64,000 bases of DNA, taken from assembly GCF_963921235.1 (NCBI RefSeq), contig NC_086097.1:1922001-1986000 (forward strand), in the 5' to 3' direction. A program made the position numbers and the translations under genes. Source of the DNA: Mobula hypostoma. Its lineage: Eukaryota. Below, in pieces: positions 47,565 through 58,789 of the stretch (positions are counted from its first letter, which is position 1; the number at the start of each line of letters is the position of its first letter). The notes under the pieces are model-generated. The model had not been told where the DNA came from. It saw only the letters and a program-made list of their open reading frames with translations, and searched no databases.

Positions 47565-50072
47565 AGGTGTTTTCTTGGAGTGCCATGGTAGTGTAGCAGT
47601 TAGCCTGAGAGTATTACAGCTCAGGACTTCAAAGTTCAATTCCAACATCCTCCGTAAGCAAGTTTGTACGCTCCTTCCCACGAGTGCCTGGGATTTCTCC
47701 GGGGGCTCTGGTTTCCTCCCCCAGTCCCAAGGCGTGCTGGTTAGCAGGTTAATTAGTAGGTTAGTAAGTTAATTAGGTTAGTAGGTTGTTGGGGAGATTT
47801 TAAACTAATATGGCAGGGGAATGGGAACCCACACAGAAAAGAAGAGGGAAGTGATGCAGAGACCAAAGCTAGAGTTAGTGTAGAAAAAAGTAAGAGTAGA
47901 GAGCATAAAAGTAAAAAGCAAAAATCACATAGGTCACTAAATTCTAAAAGGACGATGAGTATAAGGGCAGTTTATCTAAATGCCCGTAGTATTAGAAACA
48001 AGGTTAGTGAACCTGTGGCACAGATCAGTACCAAGGCATATGATTTAGTGGCCATTACAGAAACCTGGTTGCAAGGTGGAGATGACTGGGAATTAAATAT
48101 CCAAGGGTATCAGGTAACACGGAAAGATAGGCAGGAAGGCAGAGGAGGTGGGGTGGCGCTCTTGATTAGGGATGAGATCATGGCGATTGTGAGAGACGAT
48201 ATAAGATCTACGGAGCAGAATGTTGAGTCCACCTGGGTAGAGATTAAGAATAGTAAAGGGAAAAAAAATCACTGGTGGGTGTTGTCTACAGGGCACCTAA
48301 TAAAAATATTGCAGTGGCAGAGGCAATTAACCAAGAAATAACTGAGGCTTGTAGGAACGGAACGGCAGTTGTCGTGGGGGATTTTAACTTCCACATAGAT
48401 TGGCTGAATCCGGTTGGTCAAGGAAGTCTTGAGGAGGACTTCGTAGAATGCATCCGTGATGGTTTTCCTGAGCAGCATGTTAGTGAACCTACAAGGGGAA
48501 ATGCTATCTTAGATCTAGTCCTGTGCAATGAGACAGGTAAGATTAACGATCTTGTAGTCAGGGACCCTCTTGGAAAGAGCGATCATAGTATGACTGAAAT
48601 TTGCAAACAGGTGGAGGATGAAATAGTTAGATCTAAAACCAGTGTATCATGCTTGAACAAGGGAGACTCCAACAGGATGAGGGAGGAGTTGGCTAATGTG
48701 GATTGGGAGCACAGGCTATTTGGTAGGACAGTTGAGGAACATGTTAGGGATAAATTTGACCCAGTGAGGAAGATAAAGAATGGTAGGGTGAAGGAACCAT
48801 GGGTGACAAGTGAGGTGAAAAATCTAGTCAGGAGGAAGAAGGCAGCATACATGAGGTTTAGGAAGCAAGGATCAGATGGGTCTATTGAGGAACATAGGGT
48901 AGCAAGAAAGGAGCTTAAGAAGGGGCTGAGGAGAGTAAGAAGGGGTCATGAGAAGACCTTGGCAAGTAGGGTAAAGGAAAACCCCAAGGCATTCTTCAAT
49001 TATGTGAAGAAAAAAGGGATGACAGGAGTGAAGGTAGGACTGATTAGAGATAAAGGTGGGAAGATGTGCCTGGAGGCTGTGGAAGTGAGCGAGGTCCTCA
49101 ATGAATACTTCTCTTTGGTATTCACCAATGAGAGGGAACTTGATGATGGTGAGGACAATATGAGTAAGGTTGATAATCTGGAGTATGTTGATATTAAGAG
49201 AGAGGAGGTGTTGGAGTTGTTAAAATACATTAGGACGGATAAGTCCCCGAGACCTGACGGAATATTCTCCAGGCTGCTCCATGAGGCGAGGGTAGAGATT
49301 GCTGAGCCTCTGGCTAGGATCTTTATGTCCTCATTGTCCACGGGAATGGTACCGGAGGATTGGAGGGAGGTGAATGTTGTCCCCTTGTTCAAAAATGGTA
49401 GTAGGGATAGTCCGGATAATTATAGACCAGTGAGCCTTACGTCTGTGGTGGGAAAACTGTTGGAAAAGATTCTTAGAGATAGGATCTCTGGGCATTTAGA
49501 GAATCATGGTCTGATCAGGGACAGTCAGCATGACTTTGTGAAGGGCAGATCGTGTCTTAACAAGCCTGATAGAGTTCTTTGAGGAGGTGACCAGGCATAT
49601 AGATGAGGGTAGTGCAGTGGATGTGATCTATATGGATTTTAGTAAGGCATTTGACAAGTTTCCACACAGTAGGCTTATTCAGAAAGTCAGAAGACATGGG
49701 ATCCAGCGAAGTTTGGCCAGGTGGATTCAGAATTGGCTTGCCTGCAGAAGGCAGAAAGTCGTGGTGGGGGGAGTACATTTGGATTGGAGAGTTGTGACTA
49801 GTGGTGTCCCACAAGGATCGGTTCTGGGACCTCTACTTTTCGTGATTTTTATTAACGACCTGGATGTGGGGGTAGAAGGGTGGGTTGGCAAGTTTACAGA
49901 CAACACAAAGGTTGGTGGTGTTGTAGATAGTGTAGAGGATTGTCAAAGATTGCAGAGAGACATTGATAGGATGCAGAAGTGGGCTGAGAAGTGGCAAATG
50001 GAGTTCAACCCGGAGAAGTGTGAGGTGGTACACTTTGGAAGGATAAACTCCAAAGCAGAGTACAAAGTAAAT

Positions 50073-51163
50073 CTGCTGTCACTCCATCCTCCCGCCACCC
50101 CACTAGGAATAGGGTTCCCCTGGTCCTCACCTACCACCCCACCAGCCTCCGGGTCCAACATATTATTCTCCGTAACTTCCGCCACCTCCAATGGGATCCC
50201 ACCACTAAGCACATCTTTCCCTCCCCCCCCCTGCATCCGCAGGGATCGCTCCCTACACAACTCCCTTGTCCATTCGTCCCCCCCATCCCTCCCCACTGAT
50301 CTCCCTCCTGGCACTTATCCGTGTAAGCGGAACAAGTGCTACACACGCCCTTACACTTCCTCCCTTACCACCATTCAGGGCCCCAAACAGTCCTTCCAGG
50401 TGAGGCAACACTTCACCTGTGAGTCGACTGGGGTGATATACTGCGTCCGGTGCTCCCGATGTGGCCTTTTATATATTAGCGAGACCCGACGCAGACTGGG
50501 AGACCGCTTTGCTGAACATCTACGCTCTGTCCGCCAGAGAAAGCAGGATCTCCCAGTGGCCACACATTTTAATTCCACATCCCATTCCCATTCTGACATG
50601 TCTATCCACGGCCTCCTCTACTGTAAAGATGAAGCCACACTCAGGTTGGAGGAACAACGCCTTATATTCCGTCTGGGTAGCCTCCAACCTGATGACATGA
50701 ACATCGACTTCTCTAACTTCCGCTAAGGCCCCACCTCCCCCTCGTACCCCATCTGTTACTCATTTTTATGCACACATTCTTTCTCTCACTCTCCTTTTTC
50801 TCCCTCTGACCCTCTGAATACACCTCTTGCCCATCCTCTGGGTCCCTCCCCCCCTTGTCTTTCTTCCCGGACCTCCTGTCCCATGATCCTCTCGTATCCC
50901 CTTTTGCTTATCACCTGTCCAGCTCTTGGCTCCATCCCTTCCCGTCCTGTCTTCTCCTATCATTTTGGATCTCCCCCTCCCCCTCCCCCTCCAACTTTCA
51001 AATCCCTTACTCACTCTTCCTTCAGTTAGTCCTGACGAAGGGTCTCGGCCTGAAACGTCGACTGCACCTCTTCTTACAGATGCTGCTTGGCCTGCTGCGT
51101 TCACCAGCAATTTTGATGTGTGTTGCTTGAATTTCCAGCATCTGCAGAATTCCTGTTGTTTGC
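50073..51163 (+). mobile_element. 5'-truncated Penelope-like element (GIY-YIG endonuclease end plus 3' repeat) nested in CR1
   Basis: PCKRNKC..HFTCESTGVIYCVRCSRCGLLYISETRRRLGDRFAEH; TSD GTACAAA(G/A)TAAAT at 50060-50072 and 51164-51176. Confidence 0.9.
51027..51064 (+). ncRNA. Hammerhead ribozyme motif downstream of the GIY-YIG ORF
   Basis: Same core; sense to the Penelope ORF, about 300 nt after its stop. Confidence 0.8.
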
Positions 51164-53012
51164 GTACAAAATAAATGGCAGGATACTTGGTAGTGTGGAG
51201 GAGCAGAGGGATCTCGGGGTACATGTCCACAGATCCCTGAAAGTTGCCTCACAGGTAGATAGGGTAGTTAAGAAAGCTTATGGAGTGTTAGCTTTCATAA
51301 GTCTAGGGATAGAGTTTAAGAGTTGCGATGTAATGATGCAGCTCTGTAAAACTCTGGTTAGGCCACACTTGGAGTACTGTGTCCAGTTCTGGTCGCCTCA
51401 CTATAGGAAGGATGTGGAAGCATTGGAAAGGGTACAGAGGAGATTTACCAGGATTTGCCTGGTTTGGAGAGTATGCATTATGATCAGAGATTAAGGGAGC
51501 TAGGGCTTTACTCTCTGGAGAGAAGGAGGATGAGAGGAGACATGATAGAGGTATACAAGATAATAAGAGGAATAGATAGAGTGGATAGCCAGCGCCTCTT
51601 CCCCAGGGCACCACTGCTCAATACAAGAGGACATGGCTTTGAGGTAAGGGGTGGGAATTTCAAGGGGGATATTAGAGGAAGGTTTTTTACTCAGAGAGTG
51701 GTTGGTGCGTGGAATGCACTGCCTGAGTCAGTGGTGGAGGCAGATACACTAGTGAAGTTTAAGAGACTACTAGACAGGTATATGGAGGAATTTAAGGTGG
51801 GGTGTTATTTGGGAGGCAGGGTTTGAGGGTCAGCACAACATTGTGGGCTGATGGGCCTGTACTGTTCTATGTTCTGTGTTCTTTAAAAGTGGAATACTCT
51901 TGAAGAGATTTTTCGCAGTGCTCAACAAAAGTATATTCCAGTCAAAAGTAAGGATAGTAAGTGGGGAGAGCCAGCCCTGGATAACTAAGGATATAAAAGA
52001 TAGTATCAAATTAAAAGCTCATGTGTACAAAGTCGCAAAGAGTAGTGGGAGACTGGAGGATTGGGAGAACTTTAAAAAGCAACAAGAGAACAACGAAACA
52101 AGAAATAAGGAAGGGGAAGATAGAGTTTGAAAGTAAATTAGCCCAAAATATAAAAACGGATAGCAAAAGTTTTTATAAATATATAAAGCGGAAAAGGGTG
52201 GCTAAAGTTAACGTAGGTCCCTTGGAAGACGAGAAGGGAGATTGATATTGGGTGATAAGGAAGTGGCTGAGGCATAAAATGGCTATTTTGTGTTGGTCTT
52301 CACGGTGGAGGACACGTCTAATATGCCAAAGAATGATGTTATGGATGAAATGGGAGGTGAGCACCACGATAAAATGAGCGAACTAGAGGGCCTGAAGGTA
52401 GATAAGTCCCCTGGTCCTGATGGGTTGCATCCCAGGGTACTGAAGGAATTGGCAGAGGTTATAATACCATAGAACCATAGAAACTACAGCACAGAAACAG
52501 GCCTTTTGGCCCTTCTTGGCTGTGCCGAACCATTTTCTGCCTAGTCCCGCTGACCTGCACACGGACCATATCCCTCCATACACCTCCCATCCATGTATCT
52601 GTCCAATTTATTCTTGAATGTTAAAAAAGAACCCGCATTTACCACCTCGTCTGGCAGCTCATTCCATACTCCCACCACTCTCTGTGTGAAGAAGCCCCCC
52701 CCAGTGTTCCCTTTAAACTTTTCCCCCCTCACCCTTAACCCATGTCCTCTGGTTTTTTTCTCCCCTTGCCTCAGTGGAAAAAGCCTGCTTGCATTCACTC
52801 TATCTGTACCCATCATAACTTTATATACCTCTATCAAATCTCCCCTCATTCTTCTACACTCCAGGGAATAAAGTCCTAACCTATTCAACCTTTCTCTGTA
52901 ACTGAGTTTCTCAAGTCCCAGCAACATCCTTGTAAACCTTCTCTGCACTCTTTCAACTTTATTTATATCCTTCCTGTAATTTGGTGACCAAAACTGAACA
53001 CAATACTCCAGA

Positions 53013-53159
53013 AACAACAGGAATTCTGCAGATGCTGGAAATTCAAGCAACACACATCAAAGTTGCTGGTGAACGCAGCAGGCCAAGCAGCATCTATAGG
53101 AAGAGGCGCAGTCGACGTTTCAGGCCGAGACCCTTCGTCAGGACTAACTGAAGGAAGAG
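53013..53159 (-). mobile_element. 147-bp Penelope-like 3' terminal insertion nested in CR1
   Basis: 11-bp TSD AATACTCCAGA at 53002-53012 and 53160-53170; splits the CR1 LEYCVQFW motif. Confidence 0.9.
53109..53146 (-). ncRNA. Hammerhead ribozyme motif
   Basis: Reverse complement of the same core. Confidence 0.78.
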
Positions 53160-56100
53160 AATACTCCAGATTTGGCCTCACCAATGCCTTATACAACCTC
53201 ATCATAACATTCCAGCTCTTATACTCAATACTTCGATTAATAAAGGCCAATGTACCAAAAGCTCTCTTTACGACCCTATCTACCTGTGACGACACTTTTA
53301 GGGAATTTTGTATCTGTATTCCCAGATCCCTCTGTTCCACTGCACTCCTCAGTGCCTTACCATTAACCCTGTATGTTCTACGTTGGTTTGTCCTTCCAAC
53401 GTGCAATACCTCACACTTGTCAGTATTAAACTCCATCTGCCATTTTTCAGCCCATTTTTCCAGCTGGTCCAAGTCCCTCTGCAGGCTCTGAAAACCTTCC
53501 TCACTGTCTACTACACCTCCAATCTTTGTATCATCAGCAAACTTGCTGATCCAATTTACCACATTATCATCCAGACCATTGATATAGATGACAAATAACA
53601 ATGGACCCAGCACTGATCCCTGTGGCACACCGCTAGTCACAGGCCTCCACTCAGAGAAGCAATTCTCTACCACCACTCTCTGGCGTCTTCCATCGAGCCA
53701 ATGTCTAATCCAATTTACCACCTCTCCATGTATACCTAGCGACTGAATTTTCCTAACTAACCTCCCATGCGACACCTTGTCAAAGGCCTTACTGAAGTCC
53801 ATGTAGACAATATCCACTGCCTTCCCTTCATCCACTTTCCTGGTAACCTCCTCGAAAAACTCCAACAGATTGGTCAAACATGACCTACCACACACAAAAC
53901 CATGTTGACTCTCCCTAATAAGTCCCTGTCTATCCAAATGCTTGTAGAGATTTTGTCTCTTAGTACTCCCTCCAATAACTTACCTACTACCGACGTTAAA
54001 CTCACCGGCCTATAATTTCCCGGATTACTTTTCGATCCTATTTTAAACAGCGGAACAACATGAGCCACTCTCCAATCCTCCGGCACTTCACCCGTAGACA
54101 GCGACATTTTAAATATTTCTGCCAGGGCCCCCGCAATTTCAACACTAGTCTCCTTCAAGGTCCGAGGGAACACCCTGTCAGGTCCCGGGGATTTAACCAC
54201 TTTAATTTTCCTCAAGACAGCAAGCACGTCCTCCTTTTCAACCTGTACAGTTTCCATGGTCTCACTACTTGATTCCCTCAATTCCATAGATTTCATGCCA
54301 GCTTCCTTAGTAAATACAGACGCAAAAAACCTATTTAAGATCTCCCCCATTTCCTTTGGTTCCGCACAAAGCTGACCACTCTGGTCTTCAAGAGGACCAA
54401 TTTTATCCCTTACAATCCTTTTGCTCTTAATATACTTGTAAAAGCTCTTTGGATTATCCTTCACTTTGACTGCCAAGGCAACCTCATGTCTTTTTGCCCT
54501 CCCTATTTCTTTCTTATGTATTTTCTTGCACTTCTTATACTCCTCAAGCACCTGATTTACCCCCTGTGTCCTATACATTTCATACAACTCCCTCTTTTTC
54601 TTTATCAGAGTTGCAATATCCCTTGAGAACCAAGGTTCCTTATTCCTATTCAATTTTCCTTTAATCCTGACAGGAACATACAAACTCTGCACTCTCAAAA
54701 TTTCCCCTTTGAAGGCTTCCCACCTACCAATCACACCTTTGCCAGAGAACAACCTGTCCCAATCCACGCTTTTTAGATCCTTTCTCATTTCTTCAAATTT
54801 GGCCTTCTTCCAGTTCAAAACCTCAACCCTAGGACCAGATCTATCCTTGTCCATGATCAAATTGAAACTAATGGTGTTATGATCACTGGAACCAAAGTGC
54901 CAAAGTAGATACGTTGGTAATCATTTATCAAAACTCTCCAGACTCTGGGCAGGTCCCGGCGGATTGGAAGACAGTAAATGTCACGTCACTTTTTAAAAAA
55001 GGATGTAAGCAAAAGATGGGCAACTATAGGCCAGTTAGTTTAACATCTGTAGTCGGGAAAATGCTTGAAGCTGTCATTAAGGAAGAAGTAGCAAAATATT
55101 TAGAAAAGAGTAGTTCCATTAGACAGACGCAGCATGGATTCAGAAAGGACAGGTCCTGTTTGACAAACTTACTGAAGTTCTTTGAGGACATAATGAGTGC
55201 AGTGGATAGAGGGAAACAGGTGGATGTCGTATACTTGGATTTCCAGAAGGCTTTCGACAAGGTGCCACACAAGAGACTTATAAATAAGATACGGATGCAT
55301 GGAGTCGGAGGAAGTGTATTGGCATGGATAGTGAATTGGTTAACCAACAGAAGGCAGAGAGTTGGTATAAATGGGTGTTTCTCCGGTTGGCAGTCAGTGG
55401 TGAGTGGGGTGCTGCAGGGGTCGGTGCTGGGCCCGCAGCTGTTTACCATTTACACTGATGATTTGGAAGAGGGGACTGAGTGTAGCGTAGCAAAATTTGC
55501 TGATGACACTAAACTGAGTGGAAAAGCAAATTGTACAGAGGATGTGAAGAGTCTACAGAGGGATATAGATAGGTTAAGCGAGTGAGCCAAGGTCTGGCAG
55601 ATGGAATATAATGTTGGTAAATGCGAGATCATCCACTTTGGGAGGAATATTAGAAGAACAGATTATTATTTAAATGGTGAAAGATTGCAGCATGCTGTTG
55701 TGCAGAGGGACTTGAGAGTGCTTGTCCATGAATCGCAAAAAGTTGTCTTGCAGGTACAACAGGTTATTAAGAAGGCAAATGGAATGTTGGCCTTCATTGC
55801 TAGAGGGATTGAATTTAAGATCAGGGAGGTCATGCTGCAACTATACAGGGTACTGGTGAGGTCGCACCTGGAGTACTGTGTGCAGTTCTGGTCTCCATAC
55901 TTGAGGAAGGATATACTGGCTTTGGAGGCAGTGCAGAGGAGGTTCACCAGGTTGATTCCAGAGATGAAGGGGTTAACTTATGAGGAGAGATTGAGTCGCC
56001 TGGAACTATACTGTCTGGAATTCAGAAGAATGAGAGGGGATCTTATAGAAACATACAACATTTTGAAAGGGATAGATAAGATAGAAGTAGATGTTCTTAT

Positions 56101-56407
56101 GTTAATTGGTCATTGTAAATTGTCCTGTGATTAGGCCAGGGTTAAATAGGTGGGTTGCTGGGTGGCAAGGCCTGGTGGGCCGGAGAGGCCTCATCACTAA
56201 GTAAATAACAAATTCAATGTTCATACCATTGGGTTGTACACTGCCCCGGTGGAGTATGAGGTGGTGCCTCACCCTGGCAGTGGAGGAGACCAAAGGCTGT
56301 TAGGTCAGTGTGGAGAAACAAAGTTGAAATGAAGCATGCCTGGGAACTCGGGCTGGGCATTCCAGACAGTGCACGCTGCAACTTGCTCTCACTAGAAGCG
56401 ATCACAT

Positions 56408-57792
56408 CATAGAAACATAGAAACATAGAAAATAGGTGCAGGAGTAGGCCATTCGGCCCTTCGAGCCTGCACCGCCATTTATTATGATCATGGCTGATCA
56501 TCCAACTCAGAACCCAGCCTTCCCTCCATACCCCCTGACCCCTGTAGCCATAAGGGCCATATCTAACTTCCTTTTAAACATAGCTAATGAACTGGCCTCA
56601 ACAGTTTGCTGTGGCAGAGAATTCCACAGATTCACCACTCTCTGTGTGAAGAAGTTTTTCCTAACCTCGGTCCTAAAAGGCTTCCCCTCTATCCTCAAAC
56701 TGTGACCCCTCGTTCTAGACCTCCCCAACATCGGGAACAATCTTCCCGCATCTAGCCTGTCCAATCCCTTTAGGATCTTATACGTTTCAATCAGATCCCC
56801 CCTCAATCTTCTAAATTCCAACGAGTACAAGCCCAGTTCATCCAGTCTTTCTTCATATGAAAGACCTGCCATCCCAGGAATCAATCTGGTGAACCTTCTT
56901 TGTACTCCCTCTATGGCAAAGATGTCTTTCCTCAGATTAGGGGACCAAAACTGCACACAATACTCCAGGTGTGGTCTCACCAAGGCCTTGTACAACTGCA
57001 GTAGTACCTCCCTGCTCCTGTACTCGAATCCTCTCGCTATAAATGCCAGCATACCGTTCGCCTTTTTCACCGCCTGCTGTACCTGCATGCCCACTTTCAA
57101 TGACTGGTGTATAATGACACCCAGGTCTCGTTGCACCTCCCCTTTTCCTAATCGGCCACCATTCAGATAATAATCTGTTTTCCTATTTTTGCCACCAAAG
57201 TGGATAACTTCACATTTATCCACATTAAATTGCATCTGCCATGAGTTTGCCCACTCACCCAACCTATCCAAGTCACCCTGCATCCTCTTAGCATCCTCCT
57301 CACTGCTAACACTGCCACCCAGCTTTGTGTCATCCGCAAACTTGGAGATGCTGCATTTAATTCCCTCATCCAAGTCATTAATATATATTGTAAACAACTG
57401 GGGTCCCAGCACTGAGCCTTGCGGTACCCCACTAGTCACCGCCTGCCATTCTGAAAAGGTCCCGTTTATTCCTACTCTTTGCTTCCTGTCTGCTAACCAA
57501 TTCTCCACCCACACCAATACCTTACCCCCAATACCGTGTGCTTTAAGTTTGCACACTAATCTCCTATGTGGGACCTTGTCAAAAGCCTTTTGAAAATCCA
57601 AATATACCACATCCACTGGTTCTCCCCTATCCACTCTACTAGTTACATCCTCAAAAAATTCTATGAGATTCGTCAGACATGATTTTCCTTTCACAAATCC
57701 ATGCTGACTTTGTCCGATCGTTTCACCGCTTTCCAAATGTGCTGTTATCACATCCTTGATAACTGACTCCAGCAGTTTCCCCACCACCGACA
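56408..57792 (-). mobile_element. 5'-truncated young CR1, same family as 11710-13295
   Basis: Open 428-aa RT frame with FADD; (CATAGAAA)n tail. Confidence 0.93.
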
Positions 57793-58789
57793 TCAGGAGT
57801 GCTAAATCCAGTGAGGATGTACAGATGGTTAGTTTAAATCAAAAATGCTGGCAAAACTCATCAGGTCAGGCAGTTTCTGCGGAAAGAGGAATGGATTTTG
57901 TGTCTCCAGCCTTCATTAGGAAAGTCTTCCTGTCATTGCTAGCAATTTAATCACAAACAAGAGAAAATCTGCAGATCCTGGAAATCTAAGCAACACACAC
58001 AAAGTGCTGGAGGAACTCTACAGGCCAGGCAGCGTATAAGGAAAAGAGCACAGTCGATGGTTTAGGCTTGCTGAGTTTTTCAGCATTTTGTGCCCATTGT
58101 TCGTCATTTCATGTTCCTGTGCTCACAGCTGTCCTCACGTGGGCAATGACGGTACTACTGTTGGATTCACAGCTGTGTGCATGTCCTTCCCCAGATTCCA
58201 GTGGGCTCCAATTTTACACTGATGTGTAATCTGAAAAATACACAAAAACACTCAGTGTGGTAACCATGCCTCCACCTAATAACGTTAAAGACACTTAAGA
58301 CTGGTAAGAAAGAACAATTGCCAAAAGTGGAGATAATCAGTATCCAGTTTACTATCACTGGCATATGTCATGAAGTTTGTTTTGTGATAGCAGCACACTG
58401 TAATACATAAAAACTATAAATACATAAATACAAAATTAGTGCAAAAAGAGAGCAAAAGAAAATTTTGTCTAAGTTTCCCTTGCCCATTCATCCGATGCCT
58501 CCAACCACATAACCATATAACAATTACAGCACGGAAAAAGGCCATCTCGGTCCTTCTCGTCCGTGCCGAATCTTCCCCTTCACAAAATATTTAATAATTT
58601 TCTGCTGTCATTGTCTCTATTATCTTTGACTAGATTTATTTTTAATCATTTGGTTTTTTATACGTTTGTAAATCTGGTACAACTTCCTCAATATCTGCTG
58701 GACATTTTAAAAAATCTTCCTTTTTGCAGTTCTCCTGCACTAATTAAACATAATTCCACTGTGTAACAGTTTAGTGAGTCAGTACAGAA

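Larger units (their letters stand above)
48741..51876 (+). mobile_element. Nested CR1, same family as 1481-3052 and 15063-15387
   Basis: Near-identical RT and 3' UTR to 1481-3052; contains the Penelope insertion. Confidence 0.88.
52468..54900 (-). mobile_element. Nested antisense CR1
   Basis: ORFs 53874..54860, 52963..53937, 52541..53053; (CATAGAAC)n tail at 52468. Confidence 0.9.
47790..56090 (+). mobile_element. Host CR1 (segments ~47790-48740, ~51890-52467, ~54903-56090) split by two nested CR1s
   Basis: Endonuclease (YLNARSIRNK, AITETW), linker (KSFYKYIK, KSPGPDG) and RT (FADD, LEYCVQFW) are collinear once the inserts are removed. Confidence 0.82.
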
